Part shown: piece after piece, positions 21,178 through 31,428 of the stretch
Layout of the letters: each line of letters opens with the position of its first letter
Numbering within the stretch: position 1 is the stretch's first letter
NCBI GenBank assembly: GCA_963797095.1
Contig: CAWCNY010000002.1
Span: forward strand, 320,001-384,000
Length of the DNA stretch: 64,000 nt
DNA from: an uncultured Chloroflexia bacterium
GTDB lineage: Bacteria; Chloroflexota; Chloroflexia; QHBQ01; JADMIH01
Direction: 5' to 3'
Program-made: the position numbers and the translations under genes
Notes under the pieces: generated by a model
The model's database searches: none
The model's input: only the letters and a program-made list of their open reading frames with translations
What the model was told of the DNA's origin: nothing

Positions 21178-21307
21178 TGTTACCTCCTTGCAAAAGAACC
21201 CGCACGCTCGTGCCTTCTCCCAGGAGGGAAATGGTTGCGCCCGGCACGTGCGCGCTTTAGAGAGTATTTGTAGCTTGTTAATGATAAACTAGACCGGATT
21301 GTAGCCG

Positions 21308-21931
21308 ATGTGTTCATCCTCTGTCAATACTTTTCCGCTTTCCACGCACAATATTGCGGTGGTTTTGCTTGCCGCCGGCAGCAGCAAACGCATGGGCGGC
21401 CCCACTTCCAAGCTTCTTTTGCCCTTGAAGGACGGCAAACCTCTCATCTCTCATTCTATCGAGAACGCCCTTTCGCTTGAGCCTTTAGAGATGGTGGTGG
21501 TGGTGCGCCCCGACCTCCTGCCCCAGATTGAGAGCCTGCATCCATCATTCAACTATGTGCCTAACCCACGCTATGAGGAGGGGATGGGAACCTCATTAGC
21601 GATTGGTGTTTCCTCTTTGTCAGCCGATGTCGAAGCGTGCCTGGTGCTGTTGGGCGATGAGCCTGAGATATCCCGTGGTGTGGTGGACCGCCTGGTGCGG
21701 GCCTATCTGGCTGACTATTCCTACGTTACGATACCTGTTTATGGCGAGCAGCCCGGCCCGCCCACGCTCTTTTCTCGTTATGCTTTTCCCGATCTATCGC
21801 AACTCGAAAGGGATACGGGTGGCAGGCAACTGCTTGCACGCTTCCCTGATAAGGTGACACGCGTTCGCTTTGATGAGAACCAACGGCCAAAGGATATTGA
21901 CACGCCTGAGGATTATCGGGCACTCACCTGA
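21308..21931 (+). CDS. MobA/MocA-like nucleotidyltransferase
   Basis: LLAAGSSKRMG, GMGTSL, LGDEP and DIDTPEDY motifs. Confidence 0.88.
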   Translation: MCSSSVNTFPLSTHNIAVVLLAAGSSKRMGGPTSKLLLPLKDGKPLISHSIENALSLEPLEMVVVVRPDLLPQIESLHPSFNYVPNPRYEEGMGTSLAIGVSSLSADVEACLVLLGDEPEISRGVVDRLVRAYLADYSYVTIPVYGEQPGPPTLFSRYAFPDLSQLERDTGGRQLLARFPDKVTRVRFDENQRPKDIDTPEDYRALT

Positions 21932-22133
21932 TGACCAGGTGCACTTTGGATCTTTCTTTGTACACGAAGGGGCGAAGGAGTACGAAGGGCACGAAGGTTT
22001 TTGTGGTGGGGAGTGCGGAGTCTTGATTGGGGGTATGGGGAAGGAGGGTGCATGGGGTTGTTTGGGTCCTCGTATACTATTCTTCCTTTTTGTGTTGTGG
22101 GTAGTCACCTCCTGGTGGATGCAACCTCGTAGA

Positions 22134-22575
22134 GGGCGAGGCATGCCTCAATGTTGTCGCATAAAGACCCCGAAGATGGTCCGAGTACGAGCGCTCCCCG
22201 TTGGCGACATACTCCATGCCGCCCTCGCGAATAGTCCCGTAGGGACGGCATAGGGTAGCCCAGGGCTTACGCCCTGTGGTAAGCCCTGTGGTAAGCCCTG
22301 TGGTAAGCCCTGTGGTAAGCCCAGGATAATGCCATAGCCCCGTAGGGGCGTAAGAACAAGATCTCCACGGTCCTTTATGATGCAATGCTAGTGCTCTTAC
22401 GTCCCTACGGGGCTACTTGCTTGGGCGGTTGTACAATCCACAGGGCGTAAGCCCTGGGCTACTCTCTTACGTCCCTATGGGACTTGGCTTGGGTGGCAAT
22501 CCATCTGGGCACCCCCTGGTGGTTGCGCCCCACAACCTGTATCTTTATGTGACAACATTGAGGCATGCCTCGCCC
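22134..22575. repeat. Nested REP-like inverted-repeat composite
   Basis: 34-bp inverted arms (22134-22167 / 22542-22575, 1 mismatch), inner GTAGGGAC/GTCCCTA pairs, and GCCCTGTGGTAA x4 (22271-22318). Confidence 0.8.
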
Positions 22576-23591
22576 CTACAGGTGGTTGATTTGTTGATTG
22601 TTTGCTCAGGATGGCAACCACTCTGGTTGGTGGTTGGTGCTGGGCATGGTGGGTTGGCTTATGGGATGGTGTCCCTGTGGCGCAACTGGTACGTGTGGCG
22701 CAGGGTTCCTCGTGCCTATAGAGGGTGTGACACGAATGCACACTGGATTACCGCTCCGTGTTGGTCCCCTTAGGGGCCGGTGGTGGGAGACCGGAGCGGT
22801 TGGTGGTGTTGAGACAGCCACCGGCTTTTGGCTGACCATTCTTTTGGTTTGTAAAGTGCTGGTAGTTGTGGTGGTTGTTTATGTGGTTTGTAAGGTACAA
22901 ACGCAAAGCTGCATAGGGACACCAGTCTTGTCTCAATGTCCTCCATGCTGCGCGGCAGGGAGGGTGAAAGTACTTCTTGTATTGGATCTTAGCACATTTG
23001 TTTGGATTTGGGTACGGCCAAACGGGTAGTTTCTTGGGGGATTTTTGGGAGTTTAGGCTTACAGATCGAGGAGGGTGGAGCAGGGCGGATGCAAAGTCAG
23101 ATAAAGCGGTAGAAAATGCCGCCAATCTAAGCCTTGTCATTCTGAATACAATGCTAATGAAGAAACGACAGGATGGGATGTGGGGGTGTTCTTACGCTCT
23201 TCCAGGGCTATCTGGGCTAAGGTGGGTGGCTATCCCCACGCGTAAGCGTGGGGCTACTCTCTTTCGCCACTCCGTGGCTGCCCTGGTTGGTGGCTTGGCT
23301 TTGATTGTATGGCTTTGGGACGTTTCTTTGTTAGCATGCTACTGAACGAAGTGACAAATCTGGGATCTTGACTTGATACTTTGCCTGGCATTTCAAATTC
23401 TTCGCTTCGTTCAGAATGACAAGTCTAATCTTGGTACGCTTCGTACTACGTCGCACTCTCCCTGGAGGTGGCGTGGGGATCTTGCGCGCAACCCTGCTCG
23501 TAATATACACTTATGAAAAGCTACACGCATCTGATGCGGAGATGAAACCGTTAACTTGATAGCGCCCCTATTAGCAGGTAGGTTATTCAGT

Positions 23592-25004
23592 ATGACACCA
23601 AGAAAGAACGCCGTGCGCTCCCGCTTCTCCCTGGTAGCGATAGTTGTACTCTTATTCACCCTCCTCCCCGCCTCACTTGCCGCTCCCGCACGTCCGGCTC
23701 TGGCGGCTACCTCTCCTTTCGCCGATGGGGCTTTCGAGAGCGTCTGGACGCGCAACGATTTGCCGGTAGCGGCCAAGGCTGTGGGACGCTCCTGGACCTG
23801 GGGTCCAGTCCCACTCGCGTCGGGTTACGAGCCTTACGCCGACGCGCCCGATGGCTCAGGCAAGCGCCTTGTCCAGTATTTTGACAAGGCTCGCATGGAG
23901 ATCAACGATACTACCCTTGCTCCTACCGACAAGTGGTATGTCACCAACGGCCTGCTGACAGTGGAATTGATCTCAGGCCGCATCCAGCTTGGGAACGATA
24001 AGTTCCAGACCACCAAGCCCGCCACGATCAATATCGCCTCCGACCCGGATGATGCCGACGCGCCCACCTATTCCTCGTTCGGCACGGTGTCCAATACTTC
24101 GGCTGGGGAGCACCGCCAACCGGACAAGACAGGCGGTTACGCCTCCGAAGAGATCAACAGGCAGGGGCAGGTCACGAATAACCCAACCATGCAATCGCCC
24201 GAGAGCAAGATCATCTACTTCGAGAAGGCAACAGGCCACAATGTGCCCAAGGTCTTCTGGGACTTCCTCAACTCTTCGGAACCTGTCCGAAGCGGCGTGA
24301 GCAATGCCAACAAACTGCTGCTCGATCCGTGGGTGTTTGCTATGGGCCTCCCGATCTCGGATGCTTACTGGGCCACGGTCAGGATTGGCGGTAAGTCTCA
24401 GCCGGTGCTGATCCAGGCGTTCGAGAGGCGTGTGCTTACTTATGCCCCGCAACAGCCTAAGGAATGGCAGGTGCAAATGGGCAATATCGGCCAGCATTAC
24501 CTGGAATGGCGCTACGGCACGGATGGCGCAGGCCCTCAGAAGGTGACAAAGTCGACTCCCAGCCAGCCAGCCTATCTCAACATCCCCACGCTCGGCGTGC
24601 TGGCTAAAGTCGAGCATGTTGGAGTGGACGCGAACAACAATATGGACATACCGGAGGACCCCTTTAACGCTGCCTGGTACAAGTTCGGGACGATCCCCGG
24701 CAAGCAAGGCAACGCCGTTATGGATGGGCATCTCGATTGGTACGGGATCAAAGAGGCTATTTTCTACTACCTGGACAAATTGAAAGTTGGCGACCGTGTG
24801 TATGTGCGCGACGACAGGGGGGTAGACCACGCCTTCGCCGTCACCAAGCAGGTGGTTTGCATCTACAACAAGTGCCCTTTGCAAGACGTGTTTGGCGCTA
24901 CCAGCGCCACCCGCCTCAATCTGATCACCTGCGCGGGTACGTTCAATCGCAGCCAGCAAAACTACGACCAACGCCTGGTGGTGTTTACCGACGCTCTACA
25001 GTAA
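23592..25004 (+). CDS. Secreted protein with C-terminal class F sortase domain
   Basis: Signal peptide; RSWTWGP / QYFDKARME N-terminal domain; PG..GNAV..GH, LITC and R catalytic motifs. Confidence 0.85.
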   Translation: MTPRKNAVRSRFSLVAIVVLLFTLLPASLAAPARPALAATSPFADGAFESVWTRNDLPVAAKAVGRSWTWGPVPLASGYEPYADAPDGSGKRLVQYFDKARMEINDTTLAPTDKWYVTNGLLTVELISGRIQLGNDKFQTTKPATINIASDPDDADAPTYSSFGTVSNTSAGEHRQPDKTGGYASEEINRQGQVTNNPTMQSPESKIIYFEKATGHNVPKVFWDFLNSSEPVRSGVSNANKLLLDPWVFAMGLPISDAYWATVRIGGKSQPVLIQAFERRVLTYAPQQPKEWQVQMGNIGQHYLEWRYGTDGAGPQKVTKSTPSQPAYLNIPTLGVLAKVEHVGVDANNNMDIPEDPFNAAWYKFGTIPGKQGNAVMDGHLDWYGIKEAIFYYLDKLKVGDRVYVRDDRGVDHAFAVTKQVVCIYNKCPLQDVFGATSATRLNLITCAGTFNRSQQNYDQRLVVFTDALQ

Positions 25005-25251
25005 GCTGACTGACCAACGGGCCAGCGGGCCCTGGTCTGTGCCTTCTTCGTCGGCACCCCGTACGAACGGGGAGAGGGAGAATAAAAAGAAGAAGTAGAA
25101 TTGGGAGGCACCACCAATCCCCTGTCAGGGGACTTGTCCCCTGTACCCCCTTTCAGCCGGGTAAGTGGAGGAAGAGTTGGGGGACACCTCCGCCGCCCAG
25201 AGGGCACCCGCCCGGCACGCAGTTCCGCCTGACCCCCTTTCGGAAGGCGTC

Positions 25252-25644
25252 ATGAAAAGAAGCAACATATCAAGCGGCGCGCCCTGGGAACCGGTAGTGG
25301 GCTATTCGCGGGCGGTGCGAGTAGGTCCCTATATTCATGTGGCGGGGACCACCGCCACCGCTCCCGATGGCTCAATCGTGGGTGAAGGCGACCCTTATGC
25401 CCAGACTATCCAGGCTCTCAGGAACATCCAATCTGCCCTCGAACGCACGGGGGCAAGCCTCAAGGATGTCGTGCGCACGCGCATGTTTGTCACGGACATT
25501 TCGGCCTGGGAGGAGATAGGCCGGGCGCATGGCGAGTTCTTCCGCGACATCCGCCCAGCGGCCACTATGGTGCAGGTCACGCGCCTGATCGATCCTGCTA
25601 TGCTGGTCGAGATCGAGGCGGATGCTATCTTGATCGAAGATTGA
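25252..25644 (+). CDS. RidA/YjgF family protein
   Basis: [20 protein letters not shown] and LVEIEADA motifs. Confidence 0.9.
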   Translation: MKRSNISSGAPWEPVVGYSRAVRVGPYIHVAGTTATAPDGSIVGEGDPYAQTIQALRNIQSALERTGASLKDVVRTRMFVTDISAWEEIGRAHGEFFRDIRPAATMVQVTRLIDPAMLVEIEADAILIED

Positions 25645-25651
25645 GTAATAG

Positions 25652-25870
25652 CTGAACCGCACAGACCGCCTGATGGCAATCGTCCTCGAATTGCAGGCCC
25701 GCCGCACCAAGCGCGCCGAAGACCTGGCGGCTACCTTTGAGGTGCGCAAGCGCACTATCTATCGGGATGTAGAGGCCCTGAGCGAAATGGGCGTGCCCGT
25801 TGTGTCAGTGCCGGGGCGGGATATCCCGCGCTCGCTCATCGGCGTAGATCCAATGTTCGGGATGTCTTGA
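25652..25870 (+). pseudogene. Truncated YafY-like (HTH-WYL) regulator, HTH only
   Basis: NRTDRLMAIVLELQ...LA..FEV..RTIYRD..AL...GVPV...PG then stop; the presumed start codon reads CTG. Confidence 0.75.
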
Positions 25871-25917
25871 CGGGAACGGAGGCTAGTTGTATTATATTGC
25901 TCTATTGGCTAATAGAG
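25867..25917 (+). promoter_or_regulatory. Promoter with palindromic operator upstream of the ArsR-type gene
   Basis: TTGACG...TATTAT followed by CTCTATT-GGCT-AATAGAG (25900-25917). Confidence 0.55.
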
Positions 25918-25957
25918 TCAGGTCTTCCCGGTCCCTGATACGCAAGGAGAGCCTCCC

Positions 25958-27013
25958 ATGCCCGTACTAGTTGCCCCCGATACGCCGTCCTCGGCCCCTA
26001 CGGTGAATTTCCTCATATCGCCCCTGTACGATATGTTCATTTCGCTTGCCACCCTGGTCCATCCGGGGGAGCGGCATGAGGGGTGGGTGGCCGAGGTGAA
26101 ACGCGACCTCTCTCCTCAGATGCGCGAGGAGGCCGACTACTTCTACTCGCTTTTCGAGACCCGGCTGGTGGAGCTGGCGGTCGATTACCCGGATCATCAT
26201 GATATTGAGGGGTTTTTCCGGTATCTGGAGACTATGGCTCCGGAGGACTTTATCTTCTATGCGACCGGGCGGGTGATGTCGCCGGGCGAGATCGCGAGCA
26301 TGGCTACCCATCCTCTCAGGCTGCTGGCGGCCTTGCTCAAGCTGTACGGGGGCGAGCATAAGATACACGACGAGGGGTGGAGGCAGGCGCTCCAATTGCT
26401 TTCGACGGAGGCGGATACCACTCGCACGAGGTTGTTGCGGCTGCTGAGGACCTACTGGCAGAACGTGTATCGCCATCAGATGCCCAAGCTGAAGCCGCGC
26501 TGGGAAGAGAGCGTGCGCGAACGCACGCAGTCGCTCGGCCCCGACCGCCTGACAGCGGTCCAGGAGCGATTCCTGGCGAACCGGCCAATCCCTCGCGAGT
26601 TCCCGGAGGGGTATGCGCTTGAGAAGGTCAGCCTGGTGCCTTCACTATTTCTCAAAGTGTCGTCTATGATCATGTACGGTTACGGGCAGATGATCGTGAT
26701 CTATGATGCGCTTACCTCCGACGAGCACCGGAGCGCGATGGCGCATGTTCAGAGGCGAATTGTGGCGGTGGCCCGCGCCCTGGAAGACCCTACACGGATG
26801 ACTATCCTGCGCGCTATAGCGAAGGATAAGGAGTACTACGGTTCGCGCCTGGCCGCCAAGTGCGGCATTACTCCATCGTCCATTTCGCGCCATATGCGCG
26901 TGTTGCGCGATGCGGGCCTTATCAATGAGATAAGTCAGGATAATCGTGTCATGTACGAGTTACGGGCTGACACTATCGAGAAGTTCTGCGAGGATCTGCA
27001 CGAGTACCTATAG
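25958..27013 (+). CDS. ArsR/SmtB family regulator with long N-terminal domain
   Basis: C-terminal ALEDPTRMTIL...LA...GITPSSISRHMRVLRDAGLI winged HTH. Confidence 0.82.
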   Translation: MPVLVAPDTPSSAPTVNFLISPLYDMFISLATLVHPGERHEGWVAEVKRDLSPQMREEADYFYSLFETRLVELAVDYPDHHDIEGFFRYLETMAPEDFIFYATGRVMSPGEIASMATHPLRLLAALLKLYGGEHKIHDEGWRQALQLLSTEADTTRTRLLRLLRTYWQNVYRHQMPKLKPRWEESVRERTQSLGPDRLTAVQERFLANRPIPREFPEGYALEKVSLVPSLFLKVSSMIMYGYGQMIVIYDALTSDEHRSAMAHVQRRIVAVARALEDPTRMTILRAIAKDKEYYGSRLAAKCGITPSSISRHMRVLRDAGLINEISQDNRVMYELRADTIEKFCEDLHEYL

Positions 27014-27032
27014 CATCGCTTTAGGAGGCCCG

Positions 27033-27935
27033 TCAGCTAACCAGTCCCTCGATCCTCAATTCGACTATGCGGTCGAGGCGGAACGCGCGCTCTTCTTTGC
27101 GCAACTGGCAATAGCCGACCAGATAGGTCGCCTGCTCGTGGAGGGTTACTTTCAGGGGCTGGACTATGCGGGTGGTTACTTTGCCATCGCTCCCCGCGTA
27201 GCGTATCTTGACGGGCGTGCGGGTGCGCATGGCCTGCTCTACAAGGGGTGGCAGACCCTGGATCGGGCAGTAGGGCTGGGTGCCGTCCCATTCCATGAGC
27301 GGCGTGCGTGCCTGCCAGCCTCCGTGCCAGCCGCTCATGGTTGTGAGAGAGCCTTGCACGCTGGTTAGTTCGTCCAGGGTGGTTATGCCCTTTGCCTCAA
27401 GGTCCCAAAGGAAGCGTTTGAGAACGTGCCAGGTTATGGTGGCGTCGGCCAGCGCGCGGTGCAGGCCATAGGTCTGTATGCCGAGCGACCTGGCGACCTG
27501 CCCAAGCTTGTTCGATGCGAATGTGTAGCACCTGCGGGCCAGGGCCAGCGTGTCAATCACAGGGTTGGAGGGGGGCGCGTATCCGGCCTGGCGCATTTCG
27601 GCAGAAATGAAGGAGAGATCGAACGAGGAGTTGTGAGCTACCAGCGCGGTGTTTTCGGGGGCCAATATCTCGGCCAGGGTAGATGCTACTGTACGAAAGG
27701 GGGGTGCGTTGCGGACCATGCTGTCGGTGATGCCGTTCACGGCGGTTGCGCCATAGGAAATGGGGCGACCGGGGTTGATCAATGCTTGCACCTGGTCTAC
27801 AATCTGGCCGTTGCGCCCGACCACCACGGCCACCTCGCAAATCCGGTCTCCCAGGCGCGCTGACAAACCCGTTGTCTCAACATCTACTACTGCATAGGTG
27901 AGGTTTCGAAGGGGCAAACTCCCGGCAGTGTTCAT
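27033..27935 (-). CDS. DEDDh (DnaQ-like) 3'-5' exonuclease fused to a WYL domain
   Basis: DVETTG, VAHNSSFD and HRALADA motifs; C-terminal IRY....TTR.V.P....YLVGYC.LR..ERAFRLDRI. Confidence 0.88.
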   Translation of the reverse strand: MNTAGSLPLRNLTYAVVDVETTGLSARLGDRICEVAVVVGRNGQIVDQVQALINPGRPISYGATAVNGITDSMVRNAPPFRTVASTLAEILAPENTALVAHNSSFDLSFISAEMRQAGYAPPSNPVIDTLALARRCYTFASNKLGQVARSLGIQTYGLHRALADATITWHVLKRFLWDLEAKGITTLDELTSVQGSLTTMSGWHGGWQARTPLMEWDGTQPYCPIQGLPPLVEQAMRTRTPVKIRYAGSDGKVTTRIVQPLKVTLHEQATYLVGYCQLRKEERAFRLDRIVELRIEGLVS

Positions 27936-28431
27936 ACTGCGCTCGCTTTCTACTTTAGCAGGTCCTACTACAATCTCTCACGACCTGCTCTTAGTATACC
28001 CTGTTTGTCAATTGCTTGAGTTTCCACACGGTAGGCGTTCAGACCTGGGGTGGAGGGATCCCGTCTAAGAGTAAACCAAGACCCACCCCCGGCCCCTCCC
28101 ACGTATAGGAGGGGAGAAGTAAATAGTGGGGGAAGAGTTGGGGGGACGCCCCCCGCCGCCCAGAGGGTACCCGTCCGGCAGGCAGTTCCATCCGCGCCCC
28201 CTTTTGCCCATCACCCCGGCAGAGGAGTACCCCTGCACGCGCTACCGCGCTCATGAAGGGGAAGGAGCCGCCCGCACCTTGCTGGCTTTGGCTGAGCGCC
28301 ATAACATTTGCTGACTGCTTGCGTAATCGGGTTCTATAGGTTATGAAATAAGAGAGAGCGCAGCACGCAGCACGTAATACGCCCCAATTTCGTATTGCGT
28401 ATTATGTACCACGTCACCAGGAGATATCCCT

Positions 28432-29664
28432 TTGCAAACAGCCGGATCGTTTAGTTGTCCTCACTGCGCCGCGCCTGTGCCGTTTCAGTACGGGCAAACC
28501 ACGGTCAAGTGCGAATACTGTGGCAATACAGTTATTGTTCCTCCTGAGTTGCGCCCGCCTCCGCCACCTCCGCAGCCACAGCCTCCTACTTACCAGTACC
28601 CTCAGGTCCAGATTATCATTGGCTCGGAAGGCACATACACTCCGCAAAATCAACCTACCTACACGGCCCCTCCAGTTACAACTGTTCCGCGCAGGCGCTC
28701 TTCGTGCGCGCCCTTGCTGCTGTTTGTTATTCTGCTGCTTGTGGTCAGCGGGGGCGTGGTCTCGTTCGTGGTACTGAGCACACCCTTCTTCTTCGACAAT
28801 CTTTTTGCCGGAGGGTTCGCACGTCTTGAACAGACCTACGGCAGTGATAGTAACGATAGTGGCACGCCCAACGCCCAGGGGATCGGTGCGGTGACGGATG
28901 GCATGGATGTTGCCCTGGATAAGGAAGGTAACGTCTACGTGGTTACCTATAACGGCCAGGTGGTTCGCTTCGCCTCTGACGGTGCGTTACTAAGCTCGTG
29001 GAAGATAGAGGGCAAAGACGTTCACCCGGATGCCATAGAGGTGGATGGCGCGGGCAACGCTTACATTGTAGTTGACGGCGCGATACGTAAGTATGATGGT
29101 GCGACCGGCTCGGAGCAAAATGTGATAAGCGTTTCCGAGATATTCGGCGCGAGCGACGTGGCATTGGCCCCGGATGGCAGCATCCTGTCGTTCCTGGGCG
29201 GCTCTGTCGATCAGATCGTGCGGTTCGATCCTACGGGGATAGAGGTGGCGCGGTACGAGCGCCCATTCACCGAGATAGAGCCTACCGCCGATACGGTCCC
29301 CTGGCAGGTGCGTATCGCCGCGGACGGTGAGGGGCAAATATACCTTCTCAATACGTCGTTGAGCGGCACCCCGGTGTTTGTGTTCAGCCCGGAGGGTAGG
29401 CACATCATTCACTTCGGCGTGCGAGGTGCTGGAGAAGGACAACTCGATAACCCACGCGCGATAGCAATCGATAGCAAACAGCGTATCTATGTGAGCGACA
29501 GTGACGGCGTGAAAGTGTACGACCAGGGTGGCAAGTATATAGGGATAATTCGGATGCCGTTTTCGTCGTGGGTGACGGGTATGGCGTTCGACACGGAGGA
29601 CCGCCTGTACGCGGTCTCACGTGGGGAAGAGAAAGTTTACAGGTTCGTGCTCAATGAGCCGTGA
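28432..29664 (+). CDS. Zn-ribbon / TM / NHL beta-propeller protein
   Basis: CPHC...CEYCG, Pro-rich linker, TM segment, repeated D..G..YV NHL-like units. Confidence 0.75.
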   Translation: MQTAGSFSCPHCAAPVPFQYGQTTVKCEYCGNTVIVPPELRPPPPPPQPQPPTYQYPQVQIIIGSEGTYTPQNQPTYTAPPVTTVPRRRSSCAPLLLFVILLLVVSGGVVSFVVLSTPFFFDNLFAGGFARLEQTYGSDSNDSGTPNAQGIGAVTDGMDVALDKEGNVYVVTYNGQVVRFASDGALLSSWKIEGKDVHPDAIEVDGAGNAYIVVDGAIRKYDGATGSEQNVISVSEIFGASDVALAPDGSILSFLGGSVDQIVRFDPTGIEVARYERPFTEIEPTADTVPWQVRIAADGEGQIYLLNTSLSGTPVFVFSPEGRHIIHFGVRGAGEGQLDNPRAIAIDSKQRIYVSDSDGVKVYDQGGKYIGIIRMPFSSWVTGMAFDTEDRLYAVSRGEEKVYRFVLNEP

Positions 29665-29713
29665 GATAAGGCAACCTGGGCATAAAACTCAAACTATGAA
29701 AGATACAGGACTA

Positions 29714-30607
29714 ATGACAAGCACCAACGCCCTACCGGAACATTCTTCGCTACTTGGCGCACGCATTCGTATCATCCCGGCGCTTATGCTGGTAATTTTG
29801 GGCCTTACGGTTTATGGCTGCGGCACGGAGCCTGCCACCGACACGCCTATTAGCCAACCTACCGCTATGGCGGGTACGAGCCCTACCTCAGTTTCATCCG
29901 GTGGGACGCCTACCTCAGTTTCATCGACTGATCCTACTGTTGATGCTACTTCAGTCACTTCGACCGTCCTGGTTGCTGAGCCCACGACGCCCGTTGATAC
30001 GCCAACTATCGCGCCGTTCGAAAATCCGACCCCTCAGCCGACCTGGATACCACCTACCGCGCTTGCGGGCACTCCAAGACCTGGGGCCGAGGCCACGCTG
30101 ACGGCGGCCCCGAAATTGAAGGCGGGCACTCTCACTATCATCAACGCGGATGGTCAGGACGTGAATATGCATGTTGAGATCGCCGATGCCGAGCCTTCGC
30201 GAGAGCTTGGCCTGATGTTCCGCACAAGCATGGCCCCGGACGAGGGTATGCTGTTCGATTTCGGCGGGCCGAGCACAGGCGGTTTCTGGATGCAGAATAC
30301 TTTGCTGCCTCTCAGCATCGCCTTTATCGAGCAGAATGGCAATATCCTCAACATAGAGGATATGCAGCCGCTGGATACAAGCATCACGAACGCCGCAGGG
30401 ACGTATTATTACGCGCTTGAAGCTAACCAGGGCTTCTTTAAGGCGAACAATATATTGACGGGTGGGAAAGCTTTGCTGCCTGTTGTGCTGGATAGCGCGG
30501 ATGGTTCAGGGCTCGTTATACCGGGAATGCCTGATTGCTCTTATGCCTCGGAACCTGAGCAAACGGCCGTGCCGCAAGTGGAGCTTGCTTCCCTACCGGG
30601 GTGCTAG
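29714..30607 (+). CDS. DUF192 domain lipoprotein (start uncertain, 29696 or 29714)
   Basis: Lipobox-like VYGC, Thr/Pro linker, GLMFR...GMLF...FWM.NT..PLSIAF. Confidence 0.8.
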   Translation: MTSTNALPEHSSLLGARIRIIPALMLVILGLTVYGCGTEPATDTPISQPTAMAGTSPTSVSSGGTPTSVSSTDPTVDATSVTSTVLVAEPTTPVDTPTIAPFENPTPQPTWIPPTALAGTPRPGAEATLTAAPKLKAGTLTIINADGQDVNMHVEIADAEPSRELGLMFRTSMAPDEGMLFDFGGPSTGGFWMQNTLLPLSIAFIEQNGNILNIEDMQPLDTSITNAAGTYYYALEANQGFFKANNILTGGKALLPVVLDSADGSGLVIPGMPDCSYASEPEQTAVPQVELASLPGC

Positions 30608-31341
30608 CCTGAGCGCCTGGTGGGGCGTTTGGCGCGCTTGCTGAGGCGGATGCGCCATACTACGCCCATCGCCTCCAGCACGATCCTGCCCGTCATCTTG
30701 CTGGTCCCTACTTTGCGGTCGTAGAAGATGATGGGGGTCTCCTTGATTTTGAAGCCCATCTGGTGGGCACGGTGGGTCAACTCGATCTGGAACGAGTAGC
30801 CGTTGGAGTGGACTTTCTCGAGGTCGAGGGCCTCCAGCACCTCACGCCGGAACGCCTTGAATCCACTTGTGAGGTCTCTGTAGGGAGAGAGGAGGATAAG
30901 TTGGGCGTAGAGGGAGCCTCCCTTACTGATGATCTGCCGGAGGATGGACCAGTTGCGGGTGCCGCCACCCTTGATATTGCGCGAGCCAAGCACCAGGTCG
31001 GCCCCACCCTCGACTTCGCGCATGAATTGCGAAAGATGGGCAGGGTTATGGGAAAAGTCGGCGTCCATCTCGAAGATCACGTCATAGGCGCGCTCTAAGC
31101 CCCACTTGAAGCCGGCTAGGTAGGCGCGCCCAAGCCCTTCCTTGCCTGCCCGGTGCAGCACGTGCACTCTGCCCCGGTGCTTCTTCGCGAGCCTGCCGGC
31201 CAGGTCGCCTGTGCCGTCAGGCGAATTGTCGTCTACTACCAGAATGTCGTAAGGCCCACGCGCCAGTATCTCTTCGACCAGCGGCTGTAGGTTCTCGATC
31301 TCGTTATAGGTTGGGAGGATTATTAGTGTTTTTAGGGGCAT
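30604..31341 (-). CDS. Polyprenol monophosphomannose synthase (Ppm1/DPM1-like GT2)
   Basis: PTYNE, VDDNSPDGTG, MDADFSH, DLTSGF and GYSFQIE motifs. Confidence 0.9.
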   Translation of the reverse strand: MPLKTLIILPTYNEIENLQPLVEEILARGPYDILVVDDNSPDGTGDLAGRLAKKHRGRVHVLHRAGKEGLGRAYLAGFKWGLERAYDVIFEMDADFSHNPAHLSQFMREVEGGADLVLGSRNIKGGGTRNWSILRQIISKGGSLYAQLILLSPYRDLTSGFKAFRREVLEALDLEKVHSNGYSFQIELTHRAHQMGFKIKETPIIFYDRKVGTSKMTGRIVLEAMGVVWRIRLSKRAKRPTRRSG

Positions 31342-31360
31342 GCGGGGTTGGTTGTTGGGT

Positions 31361-31414
31361 GGTAGTCGGTAGTTCCAAGTTCCAAGTTCCAAGTTCCAAG
31401 TTCCAAGTTCCTGG
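31361..31414. repeat. Heptamer microsatellite (GTTCCAA x5 with GGTAGTC)
   Basis: Direct reading of the sequence. Confidence 0.85.
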
Positions 31415-31428
31415 TTGGAGGGTGGTGC

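Noticed and set aside
22271-22322. DnaA-box cluster / oriC
   Set aside because: TGTGGTAA lacks a base of TGTGGATAA, and the array is better explained as slippage within a REP-like unit.
22598-23345. ORFs 22598-23029, 22748-23140 and 22977-23345 as genes
   Set aside because: Low-complexity G/T-rich and repeat-derived sequence with no recognisable motifs or RBS.
27030-27043. c-di-AMP riboswitch 3' motif CCCGTCAGCTAACC
   Set aside because: It overlaps the stop codon of a convergent gene, the rest of the aptamer is absent, and there is no downstream gene on that strand.
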